A stretch of 64,000 nucleotides of DNA from a virus. The notes beneath the pieces were generated by a model. It searched no databases. It saw only the letters and a program-made list of their open reading frames with translations, and was not told where the DNA came from. Location: positions 27,244 through 91,243 of IMG/VR virus record IMGVR_UViG_3300028831_000232; one strand, 5' to 3'. A program made the translations under genes and the position numbers. Positions 43,695 to 53,259 of this stretch are shown piece by piece. Numbering within the stretch: the stretch's first letter is position 1; every line of letters begins with the position of its first letter.

Positions 43695-45122
43695 TCAGTC
43701 GTTGAGTTGGTCACCGACCTCGTCGGCGGCCTCCACGTCGAGCACCGTGGCGATGGCGGTGTCTGTCTCGCCGGCCGTCAGCGCCCGCGACAGCGGCTCG
43801 GCCGGCGGCTGGGAGCCGAAGATGCGGCTGATCATGCCGGCGCCGGCTCGGGCCTCGACGTTGATCTTGAGCGAGTCCCGGTTGTCGCTGATCTCGCGCA
43901 GCTCCTTGACCAGGCGCATGAGCCGGTCGATCTCCCCGCTGAGGTTGACATCGGGGTAGCCGCCCTCCAGCTCCTCCACGAAGCGGCCGAACATCACCCG
44001 CTGGCTCTGCAGCTCGATGATGCCGTGGAGGAACGTGAGCATGTCGTCGCGGGTCTGCATGCTGATCGGCAGCCGGTAGGCGCACTCAGCCTCGGGCTGG
44101 TAGGCCGGGCAGGACGACGCTACGTAGCAGTTCGAACACACTCTGATGCTTTTCTCGGGGGCCGGCCGGACGGCGCCCTGCTGGTGGCTCAGGACGGGCA
44201 GCAGGGCCACGTCCTCGCGCATCACCGGCAACCGGCGATCAACAGGGGCCAGCCCGTTCGGCGCGAACGCCCGGTCCAGCGGATTCGATTGGTGAGTAAC
44301 TCCCCGACGGTGGACGAGGAACTCCTCCCAGCGCCGCCAGCTCCAGATCGTGAAGCGGAGCACCTCCTGGCGGTCATCGTGGAGGATCTTCATGGCGTCG
44401 AAGCCGGCCTTCTCGAAGAGCATCTTGTGCCGGCGCCGGGCCTGGGTCTTGCGGTCCTTGGGGTACCGGCGCAGCCGCTGGCCGTCGAAGACCTGGGTGT
44501 CCCCGAACTGGATGGGGGACAGCCAGCTGGTGGAGGCGGCCGTGGCGAAGGCCACGTCCCCGAGCACGGCCGGCTTGGTCAGCGCCATGCCGTGGAACTG
44601 GGTCCCCCACTGGCGGGCCAGGCTGTTGATGCGGGGGCCGACCCAGCTGGTGGCGAGGGCCGGCCCCGGCACGCCCACCCGGTGGTAGCGCTGGGCCAGC
44701 TTCTCCAGCTCCTCCTGGCCGTGCTCGGGGTGCCAGACGGGCATGAACTTCGACTCGTAGCGGGACCAGAACTGCTCCCGCATCTCCTGGGTGTGCTCCA
44801 GGCCCAGCGCCAGCAGGTCAAATTCGGTGACGAGGTCGATGGCGCCGATGTTGCGCTCCACGAAGTCGAAGTAGTCCTCCTCGTAGCGCAGCCAGTCGTC
44901 GTTGGCCTGGGGGTCCTTGTTGGCCCCGAAGCCGCCGCTGTCGAGGAGCACGCTGGTGCCGGCGTCGAACTCGGGCAGCTGCCAGTTCTTCTTCGACACC
45001 TTCCTGGCGTAGTAGGTGAAGCTGATCCCGAGGTTGGACACCCCCTCGGCCTGGAGGAGGCGCTGCCAGCCTTTTTGCTCCGCACCGGAGAAGTACAAGG
45101 CGAAGGGGTCAGAGGTCGTCAC
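43695..45122 (-). CDS. TGT/DpdA-like TIM barrel fused to a Cys-cluster helical domain
   Basis: LLDSGGF, FMPVWH, FHGMA, ASTSW motifs; CSNC....CP......C. Confidence 0.6.
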   Translation of the reverse strand: MTTSDPFALYFSGAEQKGWQRLLQAEGVSNLGISFTYYARKVSKKNWQLPEFDAGTSVLLDSGGFGANKDPQANDDWLRYEEDYFDFVERNIGAIDLVTEFDLLALGLEHTQEMREQFWSRYESKFMPVWHPEHGQEELEKLAQRYHRVGVPGPALATSWVGPRINSLARQWGTQFHGMALTKPAVLGDVAFATAASTSWLSPIQFGDTQVFDGQRLRRYPKDRKTQARRRHKMLFEKAGFDAMKILHDDRQEVLRFTIWSWRRWEEFLVHRRGVTHQSNPLDRAFAPNGLAPVDRRLPVMREDVALLPVLSHQQGAVRPAPEKSIRVCSNCYVASSCPAYQPEAECAYRLPISMQTRDDMLTFLHGIIELQSQRVMFGRFVEELEGGYPDVNLSGEIDRLMRLVKELREISDNRDSLKINVEARAGAGMISRIFGSQPPAEPLSRALTAGETDTAIATVLDVEAADEVGDQLND

Positions 45123-45141
45123 AGGGCCTTCCAGGGGGTCC

Positions 45142-45636
45142 TCAGGAGCTTGTGGCCCCTGCGTCGGTCTGGGCTACGCGGGAGAGGGTCACGGCCTGCT
45201 CGATCTCGGCCCACGCCCGCACCCGCCGGCCGGGCCGGAAACTGGGTGGGGCCGTGGCCGGGTTGCCCACCATCATGGCCGTCACGCCCCGCTGCATGGC
45301 GCGGGCCGCCCTGGTCGGTGAGGCTGTAACCACCAGCTCGACCGTGCAGTCAGAGCGCACGGTGTCGAGGTGGGCCGAGAAGAGGTCGTCGTCGCTCAGG
45401 TGGGCCTCGGTCACCCCCCGCAGCACCGTGTAGGTGAAGAAGTCGGTGGGGAAGCCCTGGACCCGCAGCCGGTACTGGAGCAGCTCCTTGTTCGTCTCCC
45501 GCGACGACAGCGCCAGGCGGAAGCCGCCCTTGAGGCAGCGCACGATGGAGCAGCCCAGCGTGATGGGGGTGTGGTCGGCTCGCTCCATCACGTCTTCCAC
45601 CTCGATGAAGGCGAACGTCCGGCTCAAGGCACCCAC
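45142..45636 (-). CDS. Hypothetical protein, possibly degenerate HAD-like
   Basis: Rossmann-like alternation; adjacent to TGT-like gene. Confidence 0.45.
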   Translation of the reverse strand: MGALSRTFAFIEVEDVMERADHTPITLGCSIVRCLKGGFRLALSSRETNKELLQYRLRVQGFPTDFFTYTVLRGVTEAHLSDDDLFSAHLDTVRSDCTVELVVTASPTRAARAMQRGVTAMMVGNPATAPPSFRPGRRVRAWAEIEQAVTLSRVAQTDAGATSS

Positions 45637-45947
45637 TCGGTGCGGGTCGGCTCCAGGCCCCGGCCGGCAACCATCTGCTCGGCCGCCATCCTGGCCCGGA
45701 TGTTGCCCTCCAGCGAGCGGGCACCGAGGATGGTGACGTTGCTCACGCCCTGCTCCACCCGGCCCTGCTTCAGGTCGTCCTTGGACTTGCTCCAGTGGAC
45801 GTTGAACTGGTGGGCCTGGAGCAGCGAGAGCGGGGCACCCTTCTCATCGAAGCGCCGGGCCAGCTCAGGCTCCCGCTGCGCCCACTGCTTGAAGCGGTGC
45901 TCGTAGGCCGCCTGCTCCTCGGCCTTGGACGAGGGGACGAGGGCCAT
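45624..45947 (-). CDS. Hypothetical protein
   Basis: 107 aa, TGATG coupled. Confidence 0.6.
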   Translation of the reverse strand: MALVPSSKAEEQAAYEHRFKQWAQREPELARRFDEKGAPLSLLQAHQFNVHWSKSKDDLKQGRVEQGVSNVTILGARSLEGNIRARMAAEQMVAGRGLEPTRTEWVP

Positions 45948-46972
45948 CAGTGGCCGTACTTCGTGGCGACGAGCGAGCTGTGCAAAACAGCCTCCTCAGT
46001 CGAGAGCGTGGCGTCGCCGTACATGGCCTTGTGGGCCTCACGCTGAGCCGCATCGTGGCTGCCCTTGATGGTCCGCAGAGCGTCGATCACGCCCGTCTTC
46101 TTCCCGTACTGCCAGATGAAATTGGTGGGGTCGTAGTAGCCCTTGCCGCCGGCACTGAACGCCTGGTGGCGGTTGCCGTGGATCTCCTCGAAGAGGTTCA
46201 CCGCCGCCTCGGTGGCGTGCTTCAGGTTGGTGGTGGCGTTGACCCAGTGGGGTGAGCCAGGGGCCGTCACCGCCACCGTGCCGGCCGCCTGGCGGTAGCG
46301 CTCCACCAGCTGGCGGCCCTGGCTGATCTTGTCCTCGGCCAGGGCCTTGGTCTGGTCATCGAAATAGGTGAGCGGGTCCCAGTCCTCGGGCAGCTCGGGC
46401 GGGCGCACCGTCCAGCGGTCATGGGTCAGGTCGTAGGCGGCGTAGGGATTGATGTTGCGGATGTCGGTGGCCCCCGGATTGACGTAGAACGTGATCTCGA
46501 AGGGGTCCTGGGTGGGCGTGAAGCGGTACTCGGCCGTGGTCGGCTGCAGCTCGCCGTAGAACTCCTTGTTGAAGCGCTGGTCGATCAGGGCCTCGGGAAT
46601 TCCACCGAAGTCCCGGTTGTAGCGCAGGAACTTGTCATGCTCGACGCCGATGAGCACGTCGAGATCGCCCACCCCGCCGCGCTCGGCGCCGTACTGGTGG
46701 CTGATGCCCGAGCCGGCGATCCACACCGTGCTCCAGCTGCGCGGAGCGGTGTAGCGCTTGTTCCAAAAGCCGTACAAAATCTCGAGGATCGCCCGGCGCA
46801 CGGTGGGCTTGATGTGGTCGGTGCCCGGCTCGAAAAGCCTTGTGTCGTAACCGGGTGTGGGCTTGGAGAAGTAGCCGCTGTGACCGATCAATTCATCACC
46901 GGGGTCCTCAGCCAGGGCGTGGGCCGAGAGCGTGTCCTCGTACCTCGTCCCCATCCGGCCCCGGATGTCCAT
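45947..46972 (-). CDS. Pol-beta superfamily nucleotidyltransferase
   Basis: IAGSG...GDLDVLIGV...ITFYVN. Confidence 0.75.
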   Translation of the reverse strand: MDIRGRMGTRYEDTLSAHALAEDPGDELIGHSGYFSKPTPGYDTRLFEPGTDHIKPTVRRAILEILYGFWNKRYTAPRSWSTVWIAGSGISHQYGAERGGVGDLDVLIGVEHDKFLRYNRDFGGIPEALIDQRFNKEFYGELQPTTAEYRFTPTQDPFEITFYVNPGATDIRNINPYAAYDLTHDRWTVRPPELPEDWDPLTYFDDQTKALAEDKISQGRQLVERYRQAAGTVAVTAPGSPHWVNATTNLKHATEAAVNLFEEIHGNRHQAFSAGGKGYYDPTNFIWQYGKKTGVIDALRTIKGSHDAAQREAHKAMYGDATLSTEEAVLHSSLVATKYGH

Positions 46973-47373
46973 CAGTGCTGCCGGCGCTGCGTGCGGTTGG
47001 GCATCATGATCTGCTGGGCCAGCTTCTGATCCTGCATGGCCTGCTGGGCCTGGGCAGCGATCTGCATCTGGCCCTGGAGCACGGCATTGGCCGTCATCTG
47101 GGCGCCCTGCATGATCGCCACGTCCTTCATCACCTGCGCCGCTGCCCCGTACATGTCGTTGAGCGTGGCCTGGCGCTGGGGCCTGACCGGGGTGTTGATG
47201 TCCCCGATGCCCGTCGCCGTGCCGTCGGGGCGGATGATCACGAGGAAGGCCACCTCGCAGTCCATCGGCTCACCGGGGGCCGGGATGTCGTACTGGCCGT
47301 TCTCGACCGGCGGATGGGCGTGGATTTCCCCGTCATCGTGGACGTGAGGGACTTCGGGGTCCATGGGTTCCAT
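46972..47373 (-). CDS. Hypothetical protein
   Basis: 133 aa; Gln-rich tail. Confidence 0.65.
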   Translation of the reverse strand: MEPMDPEVPHVHDDGEIHAHPPVENGQYDIPAPGEPMDCEVAFLVIIRPDGTATGIGDINTPVRPQRQATLNDMYGAAAQVMKDVAIMQGAQMTANAVLQGQMQIAAQAQQAMQDQKLAQQIMMPNRTQRRQH

Positions 47374-47844
47374 CTAGTTCTCCTTGTAGAGGCCGCGAGC
47401 GTGGCGCTTGGCGGTGGTCACCGTGGTGGTGTAGGGACAGAAATCGCAGAGCCAGACCTTCCGCATCATCTGGCCGTACTTCGTCGGGTTACCGATGCGC
47501 TTGCGGTCGGATCGGTAGTCGTTGCACCCACCACCCTCCAGCGTGGGCCGGCGGTGGGCGGTGTAGCACTTCAGGGCGTCTTCGGTGTACGTGCTCTTGG
47601 TGGCGTAGAACTCCGACTCCATGCCGGTGGTGCGCTTGGCGATCTGGCGCACGATCTGCTCCCGCATGTAGGGGTCGGACCACTCGTGGTCGGCCACCGT
47701 GGCGAGATCACCGAAATGACGCTCGCCGTTGGGGTACTGATGCTGCTCGGTCAGATTGTCGAGCAGCACGTCGTAGTCCGGCGGGCCGTCGTAGTCCGGC
47801 AGCTCGTCAATGGTGCGGCAGTCCCGGCAGATCAGCAGCCTCAC
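47374..47844 (-). CDS. Zinc-binding hypothetical protein
   Basis: CRDC...H; C..H...C...CDFC. Confidence 0.7.
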   Translation of the reverse strand: MRLLICRDCRTIDELPDYDGPPDYDVLLDNLTEQHQYPNGERHFGDLATVADHEWSDPYMREQIVRQIAKRTTGMESEFYATKSTYTEDALKCYTAHRRPTLEGGGCNDYRSDRKRIGNPTKYGQMMRKVWLCDFCPYTTTVTTAKRHARGLYKEN

Positions 47845-48056
47845 CGCGCCGACCAGTCGTCAGCCAGGAGGTCGGTCTGCGAGGCCAGCCAGGGCACGAG
47901 ATCGCCGCTGGACGTAGACATGAAGATGTAGGGCAGGGTCATCTTCGAGTGCTCGTCGGGGATCTGGAGGGCCAGCCACATGCCCTGGCCGTTCCAGCCT
48001 TCACGATGGACCCTCGCCCCGCTCTTCAGCTCTTCGAGGGCTGCCGAGAAATTCAC
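47841..48056 (-). CDS. DUF2829 family protein
   Basis: MNFSAALEELKSG..V.REGWNG...PWLASQTDLLADDW. Confidence 0.88.
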   Translation of the reverse strand: MNFSAALEELKSGARVHREGWNGQGMWLALQIPDEHSKMTLPYIFMSTSSGDLVPWLASQTDLLADDWSAR

Positions 48057-48071
48057 CGAATGCTCCTCCCA

Positions 48072-48296
48072 CTATCGACGGCGGATGCCGGCGGTCACGA
48101 TGGTGTTCTCGCCCTCGCCGTAGGGCATGGCGTACGAGGATGGACCCATACCCATTTCGACAGCCCGGTCATGGGCGGCATCCGACGTGGCTTCCACCAC
48201 GCCGCCGCGGTCCCCGGTGTGGCGCTTGCGGATCGTGCCATCAGTGGCCCCCTCGGCCAGCTCGGCGTTCATGCTGCGGTCGTTGGCGACAGCCAT
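48072..48296 (-). CDS. Hypothetical protein
   Basis: MAVANDRSMN..L.EGATDG. Confidence 0.6.
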   Translation of the reverse strand: MAVANDRSMNAELAEGATDGTIRKRHTGDRGGVVEATSDAAHDRAVEMGMGPSSYAMPYGEGENTIVTAGIRRR

Positions 48297-48461
48297 CAGC
48301 CTCTCCTGTGATCGTGCCGGTGGGTCTTCTTGACGTTGAGCTGCTTCCAGCTCGTCCGCATGGTGAGGTTCTTGCGGCTCGGCTGGCCGGCATTGGTCAG
48401 CTTCGAGATGGACTGCTTGGCTCCACCCTTTTTCGGTGTCATGGCGCCATCCTAAGTCTGG

Positions 48462-48659
48462 TCAATGGACAGAGACGCGGCCGCCCGTCGTAATGATGAT
48501 CTGCACCATCCAGGCCACGGTGAGGAAAGCCAGCCCGAGCCAGCCGAGATGCCAGCGGGCAGCCGGTCCACCACTGGTCGGTGTGCCGTACCCGTAGTAC
48601 GCCGCTCCCAGGAAACAGAACACGGCAATGAGGGCGAGAATGAAGGCGATGATCTGCAT
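48462..48659 (-). CDS. Two-TM membrane protein
   Basis: Two hydrophobic segments; AGGAG RBS. Confidence 0.65.
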   Translation of the reverse strand: MQIIAFILALIAVFCFLGAAYYGYGTPTSGGPAARWHLGWLGLAFLTVAWMVQIIITTGGRVSVH

Positions 48660-48668
48660 TGCCGCTCC

Positions 48669-48758
48669 TTAGATCGCCACGCCGAGCGCACGCAGCACGA
48701 GGATCAACAGGATGATCCCGAGAATGAAGTAGAGGAGACTCCACGGCCCGTAGCGCAT
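48669..48758 (-). CDS. Small membrane protein
   Basis: MRYGPWSLLYFILGIILLILVLRALGVAI. Confidence 0.55.
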   Translation of the reverse strand: MRYGPWSLLYFILGIILLILVLRALGVAI

Positions 48759-49141
48759 CAATCCTCCGCGAGGTCGATGTGGGTCCCACCCCGTTGCTCG
48801 GCGGCCAGGTGGTCGAACTGCCGACTGAGATGGCGCTTGATGTGAACCTTGAGCTGATCCATGTGGGCCTGCTTCGCCAGAGCGACGCTCGGGCCATGCA
48901 TGTCGGCCGGCGGCACCGGATAATGAAAATCGGGGTCGGTCTTCATCATGCTGTACTTGCCAGTGCCGGGGATGTCGTTGCCCTGGGCATCGGTCTTGTG
49001 CGGCCAGGCGAGGTGGTGCCATCCACCACCCGGCACCGGCCCGGCCGTTGCGCCTTTGATCTTCTCCCAGGTCGCCTGCGCCTTGGGGTTGAAGTCGATG
49101 GGGTCCCCGCAGGACAGGCAGCGCGGCGGGTCGTAGGCCAT
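48758..49141 (-). CDS. Hypothetical protein
   Basis: CLSCG...WHH...H. Confidence 0.6.
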   Translation of the reverse strand: MAYDPPRCLSCGDPIDFNPKAQATWEKIKGATAGPVPGGGWHHLAWPHKTDAQGNDIPGTGKYSMMKTDPDFHYPVPPADMHGPSVALAKQAHMDQLKVHIKRHLSRQFDHLAAEQRGGTHIDLAED

Positions 49142-49452
49142 CAGAACCAGTTTTCCGTCATGCGGGCCGACGCCTGGAAATCATGAGGGCCTCCTGAGGT
49201 GTCCCACCGACGGTCGCGGTACAGCCGGTTCACGGCCAGCACTTCAGTGACGCTGAGGGCACGCTGGTTGTAGCCCATCCTGGGCCGCCACAGCTCGATC
49301 TGTGGCAATGGGGGTGGCTGGGCGGCCAGGACAGGCCCAGGCACGTCGGCGGCGGCCAGGGCGGCGTCTACGAGCCTCTCCTCGTTGACGTTGCCGAAGG
49401 TCGGAGCGTCGGTGCTCGGCCGGCGAGCGGTGCGGGGGACTCGCCGGATCAT
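49141..49452 (-). CDS. Phage hypothetical protein
   Basis: TGATG coupled at both ends. Confidence 0.65.
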   Translation of the reverse strand: MIRRVPRTARRPSTDAPTFGNVNEERLVDAALAAADVPGPVLAAQPPPLPQIELWRPRMGYNQRALSVTEVLAVNRLYRDRRWDTSGGPHDFQASARMTENWF

Positions 49453-51356
49453 CAGAACAGATCCTCATCGAGGTTCTCGAACTTCTTGCGCTTCACCTCG
49501 GGGTTGGTCTTGTGAAATTCCTCGGTGCGCGTCGCCGCCTCCTGGGCCTGCTCGGTGTAGTAGCCGGCGGCACTGCCCCGGATGGTGCGGGACCCGCCGG
49601 CCTTCTTCGCCGCTCGGGCCTTCGCCACATCAGCCATGTTCTCGGCGGCAAAAAGTCCCCAGGGATTCTCCTGGGCGTAGCGAGGCGTGACGGCTTCGCC
49701 GCTGACACCGGGCTTGAAGTTCTTGGCCGTCATCTGCAGCGCCGAGCGCGACCCCAGCATCGCCATGTAGTTGTAGGCCGGCTGGGCCTGCTTGCCCGGC
49801 TGGTGGGGGATCTCCTGCTTGGCTGAGACGTGCATGCCCGGCCCGGTGCCGAGTACGTCGTTGTAGTCGAGATCCAGCTCCTTGGCCCGGTGGGTGTCCA
49901 CCGTCATGGCCTGGGCGCTCTGCCGGCGCACCGACTGGTTGGGGTGGGCGGCGGCCAGCGCCAAGGCGAAGGTCGGCCGCTTGTCCGAGTCGGTGCGGGT
50001 CCAGACATCCGACATCTCCTCGGGCGTCTTGGCGCTCAGCAGACGGGCCATGTCCCGGCCGTGCGTCTCGGCCAGGCCCATCAATGGCGCCGGGGCTTTG
50101 TAGGTCGAGGCGACGTGCTGGGCCACGGTGTCAGCGACGTGGTTCTCGATCTGGGCCGGCGTGACCTCGGTCTTGTACGGCTTGGGTCCGTTCGACGGTC
50201 GGCCGGCGGCCACCGCCAGCTCGTGCTCATGCTCCGAGGACTTCTGGCGCATCGCCAGGATGTCCTGAGGGGCCGTCTGGCGGGCAGCGTGCTCAACTTC
50301 GGCCAGCTTGCCGCTCGACGCCAGCGCCTGATGGTGGGCGGCGAACGTCTCGGCCAGGATCAGGTTGGGGTGGGTAACGATGCCGGTGTCCTCATCCTTG
50401 TTCCGCCACCGCCGCTGGGCGCTACCCATGGCCGTGGCGTTGGTGGCCTGGGTCTTGCTGACGCCGCCGCCCTCGGCCACCATGCCCAGCTGCTCCTGGG
50501 AGGCGTGGGGGTAGAACTCCTCCTTCACCGTCGGGTCGAAATACCGCTTGTGCTCTTCGAGGCCCTGAGCGCCGAAGGCGGCCGTCTCGGGCAGGTGCGA
50601 GGCGCCCTTCACCAGCTTGATGGCCGCCACCTTGTTCTGGACGATCTGGTCGGCCGTCTTGTTGTGGTGCTCGATCAGCTTCTGGATCGGCGCCACCACC
50701 TCGCTCTGGTGCGTCTTGATCTGACCGGCCAGCGCCTTGACCGTGGCGCCGTGCTCCTTGGCCGCCACCTTGTCGCCCCGATCCAGCGCCGCCTTCTGCC
50801 GGCGCGACGCCAGCTTGTGCTGACCCGTCAAATCGTTGAGCGTGTCCAGCTCAGGGGCCAGGCGGGCCTCGTGGGCGCGGGCCTCCTGCTTGTGCATGGC
50901 GACGGACCCGAGGCCGGGCATGAAACCGGCCCGGCTGGTGGAGCGCAGCGGCGGCAGGCCGGCGGCCCGCACCTCCATGTCCTCGATGTGCTCGGGGTGG
51001 TCGAGCATCTTCATGCCAGGGGCCACATCGTGGGGCCGGTACGTCTCGGGGTTGTCGGACAGCATCTGCGCCCGCATCGAGGGCCGCACGTCCTGGGGCC
51101 GGTCGCGCAGGACGTGCCCGACGCGCCCGGTCGCCAGGCCGGCGCCGACGGTATGGCTCTGGCCTGACGCCTCCAACATGGCGCCCACGGTCTTGTGGAC
51201 CGTCTTGCCGGTCATGCCGTGGCGAGGCTGCATCTGCATGTTCACGAACGGCACGCCCCGCTCGGTGGCGCTCTTGAGCTTGGCGGCGCCGGCCCCCTCC
51301 CACGGCTCGGCCAAGGCCGAGTGGAAGGCGGCGTTGCGATCCTCACGAGTCGCCAT
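49452..51356 (-). CDS. Large protein with coiled coil and a possible helical glycosylase-like (DUF7178-type) C-terminal domain
   Basis: GSAQRRW..N, KRPTFALAL, MTVDTH resemble that family; the family call is weak. Confidence 0.5.
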   Translation of the reverse strand: MATREDRNAAFHSALAEPWEGAGAAKLKSATERGVPFVNMQMQPRHGMTGKTVHKTVGAMLEASGQSHTVGAGLATGRVGHVLRDRPQDVRPSMRAQMLSDNPETYRPHDVAPGMKMLDHPEHIEDMEVRAAGLPPLRSTSRAGFMPGLGSVAMHKQEARAHEARLAPELDTLNDLTGQHKLASRRQKAALDRGDKVAAKEHGATVKALAGQIKTHQSEVVAPIQKLIEHHNKTADQIVQNKVAAIKLVKGASHLPETAAFGAQGLEEHKRYFDPTVKEEFYPHASQEQLGMVAEGGGVSKTQATNATAMGSAQRRWRNKDEDTGIVTHPNLILAETFAAHHQALASSGKLAEVEHAARQTAPQDILAMRQKSSEHEHELAVAAGRPSNGPKPYKTEVTPAQIENHVADTVAQHVASTYKAPAPLMGLAETHGRDMARLLSAKTPEEMSDVWTRTDSDKRPTFALALAAAHPNQSVRRQSAQAMTVDTHRAKELDLDYNDVLGTGPGMHVSAKQEIPHQPGKQAQPAYNYMAMLGSRSALQMTAKNFKPGVSGEAVTPRYAQENPWGLFAAENMADVAKARAAKKAGGSRTIRGSAAGYYTEQAQEAATRTEEFHKTNPEVKRKKFENLDEDLF

Positions 51357-51359
51357 GGA

Positions 51360-51857
51360 TCACCTCCAGCTGGGCATGAGCCGCTGGCGCTGCAGCTGCG
51401 CCACCCGCTCGGGGTCGATCATGGCCGGGCCGTTGGCCGCTGCCCCCAGCGTGCCGAAGCCGCGGGGGTACAGCTGGATGCCGGCCGGCGCCATGCGGTC
51501 AGCAATGATCCCGATGGGCGCCTGGCGCACGCCGGCCGCCTCGGCCCGCAGTCCCCGGTCGGGCTGGAATTGCGCCGGCCAGAGGTAGTCGGCGGGATCA
51601 ATGCGCTCGCCCTTGTGGACGCCCCGCTGATACGAGCGTTGCGTGACCCGGTTCTTCAGGCTGTCGAGGAGCCGGTCGTCACGCCGGGTGCGGATGGTCC
51701 CGAGGTAGCCGTCGGGGTATTCGGCCTCGGGCGTGCGACGGAACATCGAGCGCCGGAAATCGAGCTGGTCGCGCCACCATGGCTCGGGCGGATCACCGCC
51801 TCCACCGGAGGTATTTCCGTAAGGCGAGAGGAAATTCGACTCGGCCCAGTTCTGCAT
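51360..51857 (-). CDS. Conserved phage hypothetical protein
   Basis: RTPEAEYPDGYLGTI..RR.DRLL...YQRGVHKGERID. Confidence 0.7.
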   Translation of the reverse strand: MQNWAESNFLSPYGNTSGGGGDPPEPWWRDQLDFRRSMFRRTPEAEYPDGYLGTIRTRRDDRLLDSLKNRVTQRSYQRGVHKGERIDPADYLWPAQFQPDRGLRAEAAGVRQAPIGIIADRMAPAGIQLYPRGFGTLGAAANGPAMIDPERVAQLQRQRLMPSWR

Positions 51858-51867
51858 GGGCCAGAGC

Positions 51868-52146
51868 TTAGACCGCCGTGATGCTGTTCTTCTTCACCTC
51901 ACGATTGAGAAAGTCTCGCACCGGGAATTGCCGAGCTGACCCGCTCATATCGAAGATTGTTCGAGCTGTACGCCGCAAGTCATCGTGACTGGTGTCGGAC
52001 GGCTTCCAACCCAATTCCCTGGCGCTGTCGAGATGAGACTCCAACTGCTTCACGGCCTGCTGGCTGCCGGTACGCAGCTCGTCCACCGCACAGACCAGCG
52101 CCTTCCGCAGTTCTCCCACCCAGGGAGGCTCCAAATAGGTGTCCAA
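51868..52146 (-). CDS. Hypothetical protein
   Basis: TTG start with AGGAG RBS; lower GC. Confidence 0.4.
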   Translation of the reverse strand: MDTYLEPPWVGELRKALVCAVDELRTGSQQAVKQLESHLDSARELGWKPSDTSHDDLRRTARTIFDMSGSARQFPVRDFLNREVKKNSITAV

Positions 52147-52155
52147 TTTCAGCTC

Positions 52156-52674
52156 CTAGCTCAGTGCGTCCATGATCCGGCGATAATTCGCCGGATGGTG
52201 CGGGTTGTAGATCAACGGGTCTTGACCCTCGGGCGTGCCGGGTCGATAGCCGCTCTTCTGCTCTGTCTCTACTCCTGCCATTTCGCCACCCGCCGTCCGG
52301 CCCCTCTTTCTCATGGCCTTGAAGGCGGCGCGTGGGTCGGTGTAGTGCCGACTGACATCAGTATCGACCGTGTCCTCGTCCACGAACACCCCCAACCGGC
52401 CCTGACCGTGCGGTTCCAGCAGCAAATGCTGGCGCGCAGTAACGAAAGGCCCCAAATCAGCCGGATTGTACTGGGCGTGGGGGACATGAGTTCCGCCGGG
52501 ATCCGAAACGATGTAGCCACTCGTCGGGTTGAAATTCTGACCCGTCCGCAGATCGCGGGTGATGCCCCGATACGGCTCCAGGTTGCCCTGTGGATCACGC
52601 AGCGCCGCATCCACGGCAGCGAACTGCCCGGTGACATGACTGGGCAGCCCGCCGCTCAGATTGGGATTGACCAC
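52156..52674 (-). CDS. Hypothetical protein
   Basis: 172 aa, MVNPNLSG...GQF. Confidence 0.6.
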   Translation of the reverse strand: MVNPNLSGGLPSHVTGQFAAVDAALRDPQGNLEPYRGITRDLRTGQNFNPTSGYIVSDPGGTHVPHAQYNPADLGPFVTARQHLLLEPHGQGRLGVFVDEDTVDTDVSRHYTDPRAAFKAMRKRGRTAGGEMAGVETEQKSGYRPGTPEGQDPLIYNPHHPANYRRIMDALS

Positions 52675-52677
52675 GCC

Positions 52678-53046
52678 TCAGCCGCCGCGGCTGGCGTCCC
52701 AGAACTGACCGCCGCCCCAGGTGTCGCGCATCTTGGGGTAGCTCTTGATGACCCGGCCGTTGGCCTGGGTTGGGACGGCTTCGGGCACCGTCGGCAGCCG
52801 CAGCGGGATCTCGATGCGCTGGCGGGCGCCCTGGCGCTCATAGCTGCCGATCCGCTGACGCTTGACGCCCTGCCCGCCCGGCTCGCCGGCCTGGACGTTG
52901 CCCTTGCGCCGCAGCGTGCCCCGCTCAGGGCTGGCCGAGGGAGAACCGCCGACCACGCCCTGGGGCATCCCGCCGGCCATCGTCGGCGCCATCGGGGACC
53001 GCCGCTCCTTGGCCTTGCCGAACCCGGTCTTCATGGTCTTGCCCAT
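52678..53046 (-). CDS. Basic Gly-rich hypothetical protein
   Basis: 122 aa, coupled. Confidence 0.6.
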   Translation of the reverse strand: MGKTMKTGFGKAKERRSPMAPTMAGGMPQGVVGGSPSASPERGTLRRKGNVQAGEPGGQGVKRQRIGSYERQGARQRIEIPLRLPTVPEAVPTQANGRVIKSYPKMRDTWGGGQFWDASRGG

Positions 53047-53246
53047 CAGTACGCTCCTGTGCTCGTGTCGCTGGCCCGAATTCCCTCGGCCACGAACTGG
53101 CCCCAGGAATTCCCCTGGTCCCCGAGTGCCTTCTCGATGGCCGCCTTGGGGTAGAGCTGCTCGTGGTACATCGAGGTCCGGCCGCCCTGCCGGCGCCGGA
53201 TGGCGTGACCGTGCTGACGGTCGTCCAGGGGGTGGTGTTCGCTCAT
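53046..53246 (-). CDS. Hypothetical protein
   Basis: GAGGA RBS; 66 aa. Confidence 0.55.
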   Translation of the reverse strand: MSEHHPLDDRQHGHAIRRRQGGRTSMYHEQLYPKAAIEKALGDQGNSWGQFVAEGIRASDTSTGAY

Positions 53247-53259
53247 GGACGAAATCCTC

